In this document: positions 47,916 to 58,178 of the stretch, piece after piece
Position numbering within the stretch: position 1 is the first letter of the stretch
Layout of the letters: each line of letters starts with the position of its first letter
DNA from: a virus
Virus record (IMG/VR): IMGVR_UViG_3300032272_000002
Span: 32,001-96,000 of that record
Reading direction: 5' to 3' (one strand)
Length of the DNA: 64,000 nt
The notes under the pieces: generated by a model
Told to the model about the DNA's origin: nothing
What the model saw: only the letters and a program-made list of their open reading frames with translations
Database searches by the model: none
Program-made: the position numbers and the translations under genes

Positions 47916-48713
47916 TTAACAGCCTAGGATTACAACTCTACCACCCTGGGCTACATTAAATCGTATCGTTACGTTGTTCGCGTCGGTGATTTCAACTTCA
48001 TCAGGTAAAATCTCTACCCGAGGTGAGCTGTCATCTAATACCATTACACTAACATCGCTCGTGCCGAGCGAGTGAGTAGCAACCCATGAAGTGGCTGCAA
48101 CGAAGGTCTCAGAGTAACACCTGGCTAGGCTAGAGATTTCTACGTCGGCCCCAATCGTCATGGTTTGGCCAACAATGTCTACGATAATGCCAGAGGCACC
48201 AACCACGTTGATGACACCCTGTGCCTCAGTACCATTGAAGTCGGTCAGAGCATTAACAACACGCCCGTTGAAGCCCTGTGTGGGGAAGTCCCATAGCCCT
48301 GAAAGGGCTAAGGTATTCACAGACCACGATAGCGGCGATGCACCAGCGTTATCTTCAATCAGAAGGAAGCCACTCACCGGGAAGGCGAAGTCAACCGCAC
48401 CCGTTAGGTTCGCCCCACCGACCACGCCGACAGATGTTACGCCGCCTGCCGTTGCAGTGGTCGTGATACAATCGAAGGTCAAGCCGCCGTCAGTCGATAC
48501 TTCAAAGCAATCAAGCTGTTGGTTGAATCGCAGCACACCGGACTGACCGTGTAGTGGGTCGTGGAATACACCACTGACTTGATGGATGTGACCAAAGGGT
48601 CTAATCGCACCCGGAGTTGCGTCGAATGCACCCAGGTTCGGGCCTCCATCGACGCCAAGATGTGCTCTACCGGAGACACTCGGTACTAAATCGCCATTGA
48701 TAGGAAATCCCAT
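47916..48713 (-). CDS. virion-like protein
   Basis: GDLVP..SG.A.LG, GQSGV; C-terminal THSLGTSDV module. Confidence 0.65.
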   Translation of the reverse strand: MGFPINGDLVPSVSGRAHLGVDGGPNLGAFDATPGAIRPFGHIHQVSGVFHDPLHGQSGVLRFNQQLDCFEVSTDGGLTFDCITTTATAGGVTSVGVVGGANLTGAVDFAFPVSGFLLIEDNAGASPLSWSVNTLALSGLWDFPTQGFNGRVVNALTDFNGTEAQGVINVVGASGIIVDIVGQTMTIGADVEISSLARCYSETFVAATSWVATHSLGTSDVSVMVLDDSSPRVEILPDEVEITDANNVTIRFNVAQGGRVVILGC

Positions 48714-49447
48714 TATGCTAACCTCTTAATTGTTACACTGCTGCCATTAGGAATAAACTGTGGGCCTTCTTGAAAACTCATTCCAGTAGAGTTCTGACCA
48801 ACAAGACATTGAAGACGAGTGCCCGCCACTACGTCTGGTAAAATAACGGTGATATATGCTGTATCCTCACCGGCTGTATCGATTCTATGATAAGAATATG
48901 CTCGGGAGCCAGCAACCTCAGTGAAGCTTCCAGTATCCGTCGCCGTTTCAATCCATGATCTAAAGGTAATACGAGTGCCACCGCCCAGAGCTGGAACGTG
49001 ATCCCCGCTCATACGATAAGTTACTTCGTATGTTCCTGGATGCCAAATACTTACAAAGTTGCCATTTGGAGACGAAGTATCGATAGTAAAATGATCTGCA
49101 CTACTAACAGATCGAATAACACTTAAGTCTAACACGTCGGGGTTGGTAATATTACCAATCGCTTCAGAAGACGTATTATAAATATCGATGTATACTGCTG
49201 GCGTTACAACTTGGGCACCACTCTGTGAGGGGATAAGCTCTAACAGCTCATGATCCTGGTGACTATTATAGGATAGAATACCAGATTGTGCCGGGGCACC
49301 AGAGTCATGAAGCTCCGCTCGTCTCAGGTGGACATCCAATAGGGGCACGGTTGGAGACGGGAAGTCAAGACTGTTGCGGCCAACCGCAATGTCCACTCCA
49401 CTGTCGGGGATGATGTCCCCTCTCCAAATCTCTTGAATGCTTCCCAT
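48713..49447 (-). CDS. virion-like protein (paralog of 49447-50145)
   Basis: Near-identical N-terminus MGSIQEIWRGDIIP. Confidence 0.7.
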   Translation of the reverse strand: MGSIQEIWRGDIIPDSGVDIAVGRNSLDFPSPTVPLLDVHLRRAELHDSGAPAQSGILSYNSHQDHELLELIPSQSGAQVVTPAVYIDIYNTSSEAIGNITNPDVLDLSVIRSVSSADHFTIDTSSPNGNFVSIWHPGTYEVTYRMSGDHVPALGGGTRITFRSWIETATDTGSFTEVAGSRAYSYHRIDTAGEDTAYITVILPDVVAGTRLQCLVGQNSTGMSFQEGPQFIPNGSSVTIKRLA

Positions 49448-50145
49448 TATGCTAGTTTTTTAATTGTAAGACGCGAACCATCTGCGACCGTCACACAGTC
49501 CGCACCGGCAATACGAAGGGCTCTGACTCGGAAGATGGTGCCGACCGCCACATCCTCAAGAATGCATTTGGCATTGGCAGTATCTTCTCCCGCCGCACTA
49601 AGTCTGTTATATGTAAAGGCTCGGCACCCCGTCACTTCACTGAACGATGAACCGCCATCGGTTGATTGCTGCAAAACCGTGCGACAACTTGAACGGGTGG
49701 TTGCGTTCACCGCATCAATCGTCACTCCATATTCGATTTCATACACGCCAGGCATATTGATTTGCACGGCGTCAGCCACAACGCCATCATGCACAAAGAC
49801 ATTCGGATGAGTGTTGACTCGCTCGGTATCAATAGTCACCGTGGCAAGCGTCGTGGTAACCGTGGTGCCGCCAGTGGCGTCATACCCGTCCCAGAGGACA
49901 GCGGTCACAATGGGTTGGGCTCCACTCTGACTGGGAATTAATTCTAATCTATTCTCTGAAGAGTTAAATGAGACAACACCCGACTGGGTGGGGGCACCAG
50001 TGTCATGAAATTCAGCTCTACGGAGATGTACGTCCAGGAGGGGGACCGTGGGGGACGGAAAATCGAGGCTGTTACGACCGACCGATACATCCACGCCGCT
50101 TTCGGGGATGATGTCGCCTCTCCAGATTTCTTGAATGCTTCCCAT
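49447..50145 (-). CDS. virion-like protein (paralog of 48713-49447)
   Basis: Near-identical N-terminus. Confidence 0.7.
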   Translation of the reverse strand: MGSIQEIWRGDIIPESGVDVSVGRNSLDFPSPTVPLLDVHLRRAEFHDTGAPTQSGVVSFNSSENRLELIPSQSGAQPIVTAVLWDGYDATGGTTVTTTLATVTIDTERVNTHPNVFVHDGVVADAVQINMPGVYEIEYGVTIDAVNATTRSSCRTVLQQSTDGGSSFSEVTGCRAFTYNRLSAAGEDTANAKCILEDVAVGTIFRVRALRIAGADCVTVADGSRLTIKKLA

Positions 50146-50163
50146 TGTTATGAATACACTAAG

Positions 50164-51312
50164 TTAGAAAATCTCTCGCCAGATCATTCCGCCCGTGGCA
50201 TTAGCACTACTGCCGCTGGTACGTCTGGCAGCAATAGTAGCTACGTCTCCTCGTGCCATCTGCAATCCCATGTTTACGATGTCGAATGTATCACTAGAAT
50301 TCGGTCGCACGAAACCGCTAATCACCTGTAGCCCACCCGTGAGTGCCGTGGCTGAGGTATCAATTTCCATCACCGAAGTATCTGTATCAAAGTCTGCAAA
50401 GGATGCACCAGTCAAAGTAGCACCAAACAAGAATACAAACTCAACAGCTTGGTTGCCGTCATTGTTACCATAGGCACGCAACAAATCAACAAGCACCTGA
50501 TTTTGTCTATTCTGAAAAACCTCTTTGACTCGGTATGAAATGAGCGGAACTAATGTCGTTCCAATATCGGCTGTAGCACCGCTAGCAGACACAATACCCC
50601 TATCAATCTCTCTACCTTCTTTGAACCCGGCAATAGAATGCACGCTAACTGACAAATCACTGCTATTGCCAGTGTTGAGAGCCTGAACAGTAAGTGGTAG
50701 ATGAGGATTGAGCGTAGATGGATTTAGTTGTGCATTGGAGAACTCAAACCTATGCACGTTCACGGTATCTCCCGTTACGCCATCTTCAATACCAAAGTCA
50801 ACGTGACCAAACCCCATTTGCAACCTAATGCAATACATGTTACCCAATGATGGATCAAGCGTTGGGTACTTATTCAAATTCCATTCTGACTGTGGAACAA
50901 AGTCGTCAGCCGCAACACAGCGATGCACTACGCCAAATTGTACCCCGCTATAGCCAAAGAAAAATCCACATAGATTATCACCAAGTCCAACAAGTTGTTG
51001 TGACTCGGGTACACCACTAGTAAAAATGGCGGCAGACTGAACGTGCAATCCCTGACCCGGTGTATAGTAAATAGCTCCACGACTCTTAAGAACGCCACTG
51101 GCCTGGGTTGACGCCGACGTAGACACAACAGCCATGCCGCTTGCGTGAACGATTCCGCCACCGCCGCCGCTTTCGTCTCGAATGAGACGACTGTTGATAT
51201 TGTAAGGAAAATCAAGATGAGCAACAGGAGTGAGTTCCGAGTTACGGATTTCACCAAACGCCGACTCTCTCTTTTTCAGCGGGTCAAATTCAGGATATTG
51301 ATTGATAGACAT
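50164..51312 (-). CDS. putative virion structural protein
   Basis: Beta-rich; within the TAATG-coupled block. Confidence 0.6.
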   Translation of the reverse strand: MSINQYPEFDPLKKRESAFGEIRNSELTPVAHLDFPYNINSRLIRDESGGGGGIVHASGMAVVSTSASTQASGVLKSRGAIYYTPGQGLHVQSAAIFTSGVPESQQLVGLGDNLCGFFFGYSGVQFGVVHRCVAADDFVPQSEWNLNKYPTLDPSLGNMYCIRLQMGFGHVDFGIEDGVTGDTVNVHRFEFSNAQLNPSTLNPHLPLTVQALNTGNSSDLSVSVHSIAGFKEGREIDRGIVSASGATADIGTTLVPLISYRVKEVFQNRQNQVLVDLLRAYGNNDGNQAVEFVFLFGATLTGASFADFDTDTSVMEIDTSATALTGGLQVISGFVRPNSSDTFDIVNMGLQMARGDVATIAARRTSGSSANATGGMIWREIF

Positions 51313-51647
51313 TAGCTGACCTCCGCTCCAAACGCCGTGAATGTCAAAGCACTTGCCGTGCCGGTACGCACGGCTAGATTCCCTGCCGAATTATTCAATG
51401 CCATAAACGTATCAAGCTCCAGCGTTGTGCTGCCATTAATAGTTACGTCCCAGAAAATCGCTGTCGATTCATCGTAGGTTGTGCCATCATCATCAGCAAA
51501 GATTCTGAATGTCACTGGTGAAGATGTAGTGTTGCAAATCCAAATTGACTTGACGATGGCTGTCACGCCCGCCCCCGGCGAATACAATGACGCAGCCGTA
51601 GTGTTCGCTGGTCTTAACTGTCCTAATTGTTGTTCTTGTAATGTCAT
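51312..51647 (-). CDS. small virion-like protein
   Basis: Beta-sandwich pattern. Confidence 0.6.
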   Translation of the reverse strand: MTLQEQQLGQLRPANTTAASLYSPGAGVTAIVKSIWICNTTSSPVTFRIFADDDGTTYDESTAIFWDVTINGSTTLELDTFMALNNSAGNLAVRTGTASALTFTAFGAEVS

Positions 51648-52189
51648 TAGCTCACCAGTAATGCGTATCGTCTACATTCTTCGAAGTTTGTATTCGTCCC
51701 ACCGCATCCAGCAATTACAACACGACCTGTTTGTGGTGTATTGAACTGTAAACTGATGCTGTTAATATCAATGACGTTAATAACATCTGGGATCATAACA
51801 TTGTCGCCCGCGTCAAAAACGCTAACCACTACGTCCGATGTGCCTAGGCTGTGTGTAATGGTTGTAGACGTGACGCTCGTGAATGAGTCAGCGAAACAAC
51901 TGCTACTGCCCGACACGCCAGAGAGGGCCGCACCGTCAACAACAAAGTTGCCACCAACCTGTTGAACATCAATACCATTGACACCAACCACACCGGACTG
52001 CGAAATGCTGCCAGTAAAGCCAATATTAATTTGGTTGGGAGCTACGGGTGCAACAACAATGCCGCTGGTCCCCACCAACGTTACGGAAGGGCCAGTTTGT
52101 CCGTTGAGATCTGTAATGCCAGAAGCACTGCCGCCACCACCGCCAGTGCCAAGTCCGCCAACCGATACGATGCCTCCAACGTTAACCAT
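51647..52189 (-). CDS. virion-like protein
   Basis: Shares the THSLGTSDV module with 47916-48713. Confidence 0.6.
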   Translation of the reverse strand: MVNVGGIVSVGGLGTGGGGGSASGITDLNGQTGPSVTLVGTSGIVVAPVAPNQINIGFTGSISQSGVVGVNGIDVQQVGGNFVVDGAALSGVSGSSSCFADSFTSVTSTTITHSLGTSDVVVSVFDAGDNVMIPDVINVIDINSISLQFNTPQTGRVVIAGCGGTNTNFEECRRYALLVS

Positions 52190-52632
52190 TAGGCAAGCTC
52201 CATCAGTCTGATATCAGACGTACCGGCAGAAATCAACCAAATACGCATGTTGGGATTACCAACCATGTCGATGGCAATCTTTTCTGAGCTGGCCAGTGGG
52301 AATCCATTGCCCGCCGTAACTGCGGATGTAAATCCCATATAAACTACGCTAGTGCCATCGTTATGAATTACCAATGCCCTGCGAAATTCCAGAGGGCTTG
52401 GTAGAATTTCGACAGCACTCGTACTAACGGTGACCTGAGTAGTACGCCCACCAATACCCACCGAAAAATCAGATGGGTTTAGGATTGCTACCGAGTCAGC
52501 ACGGCGATTACGTAGAGAGTCTCTGGCATTAGGGACCGGAAAGGTTCCTTCTCCAAAGTCATAGAGCGGACTGTTCGGCTGCATGTTAGCAACCGTGCCG
52601 CTTCCAGCTACCGTATTAATCTCATGGTTCAT
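52189..52632 (-). CDS. virion-like protein (paralog of 52660-53097)
   Basis: NP.D, RR..VI.NDG, GF.L shared. Confidence 0.6.
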   Translation of the reverse strand: MNHEINTVAGSGTVANMQPNSPLYDFGEGTFPVPNARDSLRNRRADSVAILNPSDFSVGIGGRTTQVTVSTSAVEILPSPLEFRRALVIHNDGTSVVYMGFTSAVTAGNGFPLASSEKIAIDMVGNPNMRIWLISAGTSDIRLMELA

Positions 52633-52659
52633 AGGAAACCTCCTTAGGGAAGGTCCCTA

Positions 52660-53097
52660 TTAGTACACAATGATCTTTAATGTAGTAGTAGCGGACGCAG
52701 ACCGTGCCCAAATTTGGTTGTTATGCAGCAGGGGCAGCTCAAGTGGGGGCAGGGCTGAGCTGGCAGGGATGGTGAATCCATCAGCAACAGTTGCAGCGGC
52801 TTCCGTGGGGGCAATATAAGCATCCTGTCCACCATCATTCTGGATGACAACTCGCCTGATGCGTGGTAGATCAGTGATTTCCGGAGCAATAACTTGCACT
52901 GGAGCAACACCAATAACAACGCCAGAGGCGGCCCAAGCATCAACCGCCAGAATATCCTCTGGGTTGATAACTACTACGTTTGTGCCGAGACGTTCGCCTC
53001 GGCCCTCGGCTTCCTGACCACGCTGGGCAGGTGTGAGAATTCGTGTCGTGAAAGGTAGCGTTCCGCTACCGACAGCAGCATTTGACTGTACAGCCAT
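52660..53097 (-). CDS. virion-like protein
   Basis: GGAGG SD; TAGTGTATT motif upstream. Confidence 0.6.
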   Translation of the reverse strand: MAVQSNAAVGSGTLPFTTRILTPAQRGQEAEGRGERLGTNVVVINPEDILAVDAWAASGVVIGVAPVQVIAPEITDLPRIRRVVIQNDGGQDAYIAPTEAAATVADGFTIPASSALPPLELPLLHNNQIWARSASATTTLKIIVY

Positions 53098-53224
53098 TAC
53101 ATAACCTCCTAAGTTTAAAGGACTTGCGGAGCCACCCGCTACAAAACTTGGCTATGTATGAATACACTAAAGGGGCGGCTCCTCTTACGAAGAACCGCCC
53201 CTAGGCTATTTGAGTGTTTATATT

Positions 53225-54067
53225 TTAGTTATCTTCAAAAAGAGAACCAGATACCCAATCATGAGTGCCTGTAGCTAGTCGAGTTAGTCCACCAGACAAA
53301 ACCGCACGAGTTCCTGTAAGGTCAATATCGTTTGATTCGCCACCCACAATAACTGCATCATTACCAACGGGTCTATTATCAAATCCACCCACAACCACAG
53401 TACGTAATCCAGCCGACTTATTATTTAGCCCACCTACTGCCGTTGAATATAATCCAGACGCAAAATTATCCTTACCGCCCACAACTACACCATGAGTACT
53501 GATTAGAGATTGATTATTGAGACCGCCCACTACAACAGAATAATCTCCACCACCATGATTTAATTGTCCTCCAACAACAACAGAATATTCTTGGGCGGCT
53601 TGATTGCCTGCACCGCCTACAACAACGGACCAGTCATTATTTGAAAAATTATCAAATCCACCCAAGACAGATGAATATGGTAGGGCAATATCATTACTAG
53701 AGCCGCCAACAAGTCCGCCATAAGATTGGAATGCGTTTTCAGTTCCAAACACAATGTTATGAGAGCCAGTACGTACATTCGTACCACTTTCCTCATTGTA
53801 GCCAATAATCAAATTACCGAGACCATTCGTTGTAGCAGTTGATCCAGTTGTATTGACAACCTGCAAGTTACTCTTGACACGCAGGGCCTCCACCGTGCCA
53901 CCCTGACCATCTGGAATCTGTACGACCGCGAGTAAATTGAGTACGTCTTTTTGGCCCTGCGTTAAGCAGCAAAACTGTTGTACTTGAGGGGCGGGTGCTG
54001 CCATAGCAGACAGGCCAATAAGGCCCAGCGTCAGCAAGGCACCAGCAATAAGGGATTTCATATTCAT
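53225..54067 (-). CDS. exported VVGG..N-repeat (YadA-head-like beta-roll) protein
   Basis: Signal peptide; ~15-aa SVVVGG..N repeats. Confidence 0.7.
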   Translation of the reverse strand: MNMKSLIAGALLTLGLIGLSAMAAPAPQVQQFCCLTQGQKDVLNLLAVVQIPDGQGGTVEALRVKSNLQVVNTTGSTATTNGLGNLIIGYNEESGTNVRTGSHNIVFGTENAFQSYGGLVGGSSNDIALPYSSVLGGFDNFSNNDWSVVVGGAGNQAAQEYSVVVGGQLNHGGGDYSVVVGGLNNQSLISTHGVVVGGKDNFASGLYSTAVGGLNNKSAGLRTVVVGGFDNRPVGNDAVIVGGESNDIDLTGTRAVLSGGLTRLATGTHDWVSGSLFEDN

Positions 54068-54068
54068 A

Positions 54069-54713
54069 TTAATTATTTTCAAAGAGTGAACCGGAAACCC
54101 AATCGTGGGCTCCGAAAGCTTGGCGGGTTGAACCACCAGAAAGAACAGACCAAGTGCCATTAGCAACATTCGACTGTCCACCAACGCTAACGGAATCATT
54201 TCCACTAGCAGAATTGTTTTGCCCACCAACAGCTACAGACCATAGACCAGTGGTAACATTTTGACGACCACCCACAACAACGCTGTTGGTAGAGCCAGGG
54301 ACATTTAGTTCTCCTCCGAGAACAGAAGAGATAGGAAATACCGTCGAGTTATTCGTGCCGAAAAGGACGGTGCCGTAGCTGGTATAACTAAGGCGGTTGC
54401 CCGCGATAAGATTATGCGAGCCGGTGCGTACATCACCCTGAGTGGCACCGAGATCATTGTAGCCGACGATGATGTTGCCGAGCCCATTGACCGGGCCGAT
54501 GGTGTCGCCAGAGCCATCAACCACTTGAAGGTTGCTTGTGACTCGGATAGCTTCCACAGTGCCGCCGATGCCGTCGCTCAATTGAACAAGCTCGAAGCGA
54601 GCGAGGATGGCCTGTTGGGCCGGGGTAAGAACGGCGAGCTGGGTCTGTTGAGCCATAGATAGACTCAGGAGAATGCCGCAAGTTGCCAGCACTCCCAAGA
54701 AGAATTTTTTCAT
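54069..54713 (-). CDS. exported VVGG..N-repeat protein (paralog)
   Basis: Signal peptide; shares NGLGN.I.GYN and HDWVSGSLFE.N. Confidence 0.7.
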   Translation of the reverse strand: MKKFFLGVLATCGILLSLSMAQQTQLAVLTPAQQAILARFELVQLSDGIGGTVEAIRVTSNLQVVDGSGDTIGPVNGLGNIIVGYNDLGATQGDVRTGSHNLIAGNRLSYTSYGTVLFGTNNSTVFPISSVLGGELNVPGSTNSVVVGGRQNVTTGLWSVAVGGQNNSASGNDSVSVGGQSNVANGTWSVLSGGSTRQAFGAHDWVSGSLFENN

Positions 54714-54716
54714 TGT

Positions 54717-55346
54717 TTAGTATCCAAACGCTTTCAGTGACAAATCAAACTGACCAGTCTCCTTGACTAGTCTCAACATTTCCTGTGCAATTACCCTAAT
54801 CTCCACCTGTGCGTGTTCGCTATTGCGGAGACCCTGGAAATGCATAAAGGAACGAAAATTAAAGCTGACATCAGCCGTAATTTGGTTAGCATAAGGGAGA
54901 TAGAAGCGGGCCGACTCCTTCGCACGCTTACGGGTGAAGCCGTGATCCTTCACGAGACGTTCGAGCATCTCGTGATACTTCTCATACTGTTGCTCCATAT
55001 CCTGGAGAAAGATTAGACGCTCCTCAAGAGGCCAGTCTTGGGGAATGTAGATTTTATCCTCTTTCAATTCCTTGTAGCGGGCAGACTCAGCATTCACACT
55101 GACGCCAATCCTATGCTTGATGATATGGATATGACTAGCAATATCTGTGGTCACCAGGAAATGCAGATCACTCTTCTCAAATGGCGTATGATGTCCAGCC
55201 TCGGCCAGTGTCGTCAGCATCTTGTTAATCCGCCCACGCTTCTCATCGCTAAGCTCACGACTGGTGGAGGTCCAAGCTGACAGGGCGTGAGACTCGTCGC
55301 CGCCATAGGTTCCAATCAATTCTACTGTGTTATCGTTTGCACTCAT
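54717..55346 (-). CDS. thyX: flavin-dependent thymidylate synthase
   Basis: GHHTPFE, KHRIGVSVNAESARY, KESARFYLP, HAQVEIR. Confidence 0.92.
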   Translation of the reverse strand: MSANDNTVELIGTYGGDESHALSAWTSTSRELSDEKRGRINKMLTTLAEAGHHTPFEKSDLHFLVTTDIASHIHIIKHRIGVSVNAESARYKELKEDKIYIPQDWPLEERLIFLQDMEQQYEKYHEMLERLVKDHGFTRKRAKESARFYLPYANQITADVSFNFRSFMHFQGLRNSEHAQVEIRVIAQEMLRLVKETGQFDLSLKAFGY

Positions 55347-55776
55347 ATGTTTTAGACTTAAAGTCGTTCTCGTGGGTGTGGACAAACTTCCACTGTGGAC
55401 GGGACGTGTATTCCCTATTTCTGGTTTTACAATAGGGGCACACGATGTTATATTCTGGCTCATCACCTGATGTCCAATAGTCACCGCCTACTCACCCGTA
55501 GGGTGACACATAGTATTTCATAACAATGAGATCCAGATTGCTGATCCTCTTGCCACGGTTACACTTATTGCAACGCCAAATTCGCTTGCCCCGCAGGTCT
55601 TGCTTCTTAGCTTTCAGCTCCTCGATCTGAGCTTCTATCTTCTTCTCGGAAGTCATGGATGATCTCGAAGTTGTTGTCATAGACAACGGTCTTTTGTAGT
55701 TGTGCGGAGGCAATGGCCCACTCTTCTTTGATGTGGGCTACCTTACCAGGAATGGATACAGCGGGCGTGTAAAACA

Positions 55777-56103
55777 TTAGGGAGTTACTAGTGTTGGTGT
55801 GATGATGCCGCTTTGAACAGGGCGGATAGCTTCCACGATGGCGTCGATTACGTCTTGAGCGGCGTAGGTCTTGGCGACCACGATCTCCATACTGTAGCGA
55901 CCGACCGGCTGGTAAAAGTCCATACCCTCTACGCTACAAACAGCTTCGAGCATCTTTTGTGCTGTAGAAACACCCGCCGTCACTTCAGATTGCAAGGGGG
56001 CAATCGGCTTCTTAGCCGTGAAGATAAAGCGGTTGTCTACGTCGTTCCCGTCGTCGTCCTTGGCGAACTCGACATGATAATCTTTAATAGGTTGTGCAGT
56101 CAT
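55777..56103 (-). CDS. hypothetical protein
   Basis: ORF with TTGACA upstream on the minus strand. Confidence 0.6.
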   Translation of the reverse strand: MTAQPIKDYHVEFAKDDDGNDVDNRFIFTAKKPIAPLQSEVTAGVSTAQKMLEAVCSVEGMDFYQPVGRYSMEIVVAKTYAAQDVIDAIVEAIRPVQSGIITPTLVTP

Positions 56104-56138
56104 ACAAGCATACTGACATGCTAGGCAAGACTGTCAAC

Positions 56139-58175
56139 TCATAAAGTGCAGCTATCTCCATCACATCCACGCGGAGCGTTTTGCTCGACGTGGATATCCT
56201 CAAAGCTGATCGGACGAATGTCTCTAGACATCTCCTTATACTGCTCTTCGGTGATAGCCTCATAGGGGGCTTGAGCATAACCATGGTCATCTAATGGTAA
56301 GAAAGAAATACCTTTTAGTTGATCTTCGAACATCTCAAGCGTGTGCTGGACATCCTGTTGCTCGTCCTTCTCGAAAGTAACTGTGATAGAAACTTGGTTG
56401 TCTGCCCACTCACGCTGATACGCGACGGCGTTTGAAACCTGCTCCCAAATAGACACGTCTCTCTTGCCGCGTACGAAGAATGGCTCATACACAGGAAACT
56501 CTACAACCATCGTGCTCTCCTCTTGGCCCAGTGCTGGCTCTACCTTGTGTCCAGCGGCCTGAGCGGCTCTCCAGAGTTCTGAGTGGAGGCCCACGCGGAT
56601 ACGTCTGATGTAGTATTCCGAGTGAGGATAGTGAATGCCGGGCGGCTCGCCGGGCAACAGGCTAACAGTACCGCTGGGCTTCACGCTCGTCTTTTTGATG
56701 GAGCGTGGCACGCCAAGCCAATTACTGTATTGAACATCCAATCCGTTGATAAATTCATAGCCTTTATCACACCAACGAAGTACTTCACGACGACCGTGAC
56801 GATTGAATGCCTTGATAATGCCACTCTGGCTTAAGCCGATACGTCGGTTCTTACACATTACAGCATTTGTCTCGGGCCAATGCGTAGGAACCAGAGTGAC
56901 AGTTTTGGCATAGAGATACGCAATCTTAAGCGTCTCTAAATACTCATCGAGACTTTCGTGCCTTGCGGGGAAAGTCTCAACTAGAGTACATAATTCATAG
57001 TTGTGGAGGGTTTGCTCTAGGCAGGGATTACCGCCAACGGCGTCCTTGTCGCCCCACGTAGGAGCGTCCTTCATACGACCGTAGGCACGGGCGTTATCCA
57101 TCCACATGTACCCAGGCTCACCATTTACTGACGTTTGGCGAGCATGCCATGAGTAGTCCATCCCGACCTTGGCGAAGATGGAGTTGTTGGAGGCCCAACG
57201 ATGACTCATTAGCTTTTCTTTATCTTGCTTTAATAGAGAGAACTCTTCATCAGTGTGCTCCCCAAATACAATTTCAGCCGACCGTCTCACGTTTCCCGCT
57301 ACGACGCATCGGCCAATAAGGTTACCGATATCTACAATATCAGATGAACTAAGTGTTTGTCCAATTTTAGCCTGTAAAATGCTTTCAATATCAATAAGCA
57401 TCGCCTTCAACGGCTCGGGACCACTAGACGTGCCGCCAAAACCCTTGATAGGAAGACCAGCCTTGCGGACTTCTGAGAAGTCAAACGTTGGCTTAGCCTG
57501 ATCGAGTGTGGTATAGGCATCAATAACTAAGCGGAGAGCTTCGACCCAGCCCTCTCTTGTATCCGGCACCACGAATGTAGACTCGTTCGCCTGCGGCTCC
57601 ACGACGGTTAGCTTGCCAGCTCCGCGAACATCAAAACCAACGCCCACACCCACCATAGACATATCCATAATAAAAGCCGCCCACTTAGACGGCTCTTCGG
57701 CAATTTGCTCTGTGGACACAAAGGCACAATTGTTGAGTGCGGCCCCACCCCTAGTGGAAACGTAGTCCGTGCCCATCGCCCAGAGACCACGCCCCGGTGG
57801 CAAGAACTTAAAGTCCCACATCAATTGATACATACGCTTGGCGGTACGCTGTGCCTTACGCTCGTCCCAGGGAAGATGGTTTCGCGTGCAGTGATTCTTT
57901 TGAATAGAGAAAGTACCCTCTACAATACGCCGCACGGTTTCCGCATACTCCTCAGTGCGTACCTCTTGGCTGCCGCAATCCGTGCAGAACCAATCAAAGT
58001 CATCCTGGTTTTTATGATAGTCTAGTTTATAAGAATGACAGTCGTTGCACAAGCTACGAGCGTATGTTCTTTTAAATGTAAAATAGCCAACAGGACCCCA
58101 TTCAGGTTGTTTGTTTTTGAACTTGCTAAGAAATGTATCGGATAGGTCGAATGAATGATGGGCAATGTTAAACAC
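56139..58175 (-). CDS. nrdJ: class II (adenosylcobalamin) ribonucleoside-triphosphate reductase
   Basis: PPGRGLW, NNCAF, GNVRRSAE, NPCLEQ, KPSGTVS, C-terminal CDGDSC. Confidence 0.92.
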   Translation of the reverse strand: MFNIAHHSFDLSDTFLSKFKNKQPEWGPVGYFTFKRTYARSLCNDCHSYKLDYHKNQDDFDWFCTDCGSQEVRTEEYAETVRRIVEGTFSIQKNHCTRNHLPWDERKAQRTAKRMYQLMWDFKFLPPGRGLWAMGTDYVSTRGGAALNNCAFVSTEQIAEEPSKWAAFIMDMSMVGVGVGFDVRGAGKLTVVEPQANESTFVVPDTREGWVEALRLVIDAYTTLDQAKPTFDFSEVRKAGLPIKGFGGTSSGPEPLKAMLIDIESILQAKIGQTLSSSDIVDIGNLIGRCVVAGNVRRSAEIVFGEHTDEEFSLLKQDKEKLMSHRWASNNSIFAKVGMDYSWHARQTSVNGEPGYMWMDNARAYGRMKDAPTWGDKDAVGGNPCLEQTLHNYELCTLVETFPARHESLDEYLETLKIAYLYAKTVTLVPTHWPETNAVMCKNRRIGLSQSGIIKAFNRHGRREVLRWCDKGYEFINGLDVQYSNWLGVPRSIKKTSVKPSGTVSLLPGEPPGIHYPHSEYYIRRIRVGLHSELWRAAQAAGHKVEPALGQEESTMVVEFPVYEPFFVRGKRDVSIWEQVSNAVAYQREWADNQVSITVTFEKDEQQDVQHTLEMFEDQLKGISFLPLDDHGYAQAPYEAITEEQYKEMSRDIRPISFEDIHVEQNAPRGCDGDSCTL

Positions 58176-58178
58176 AGA

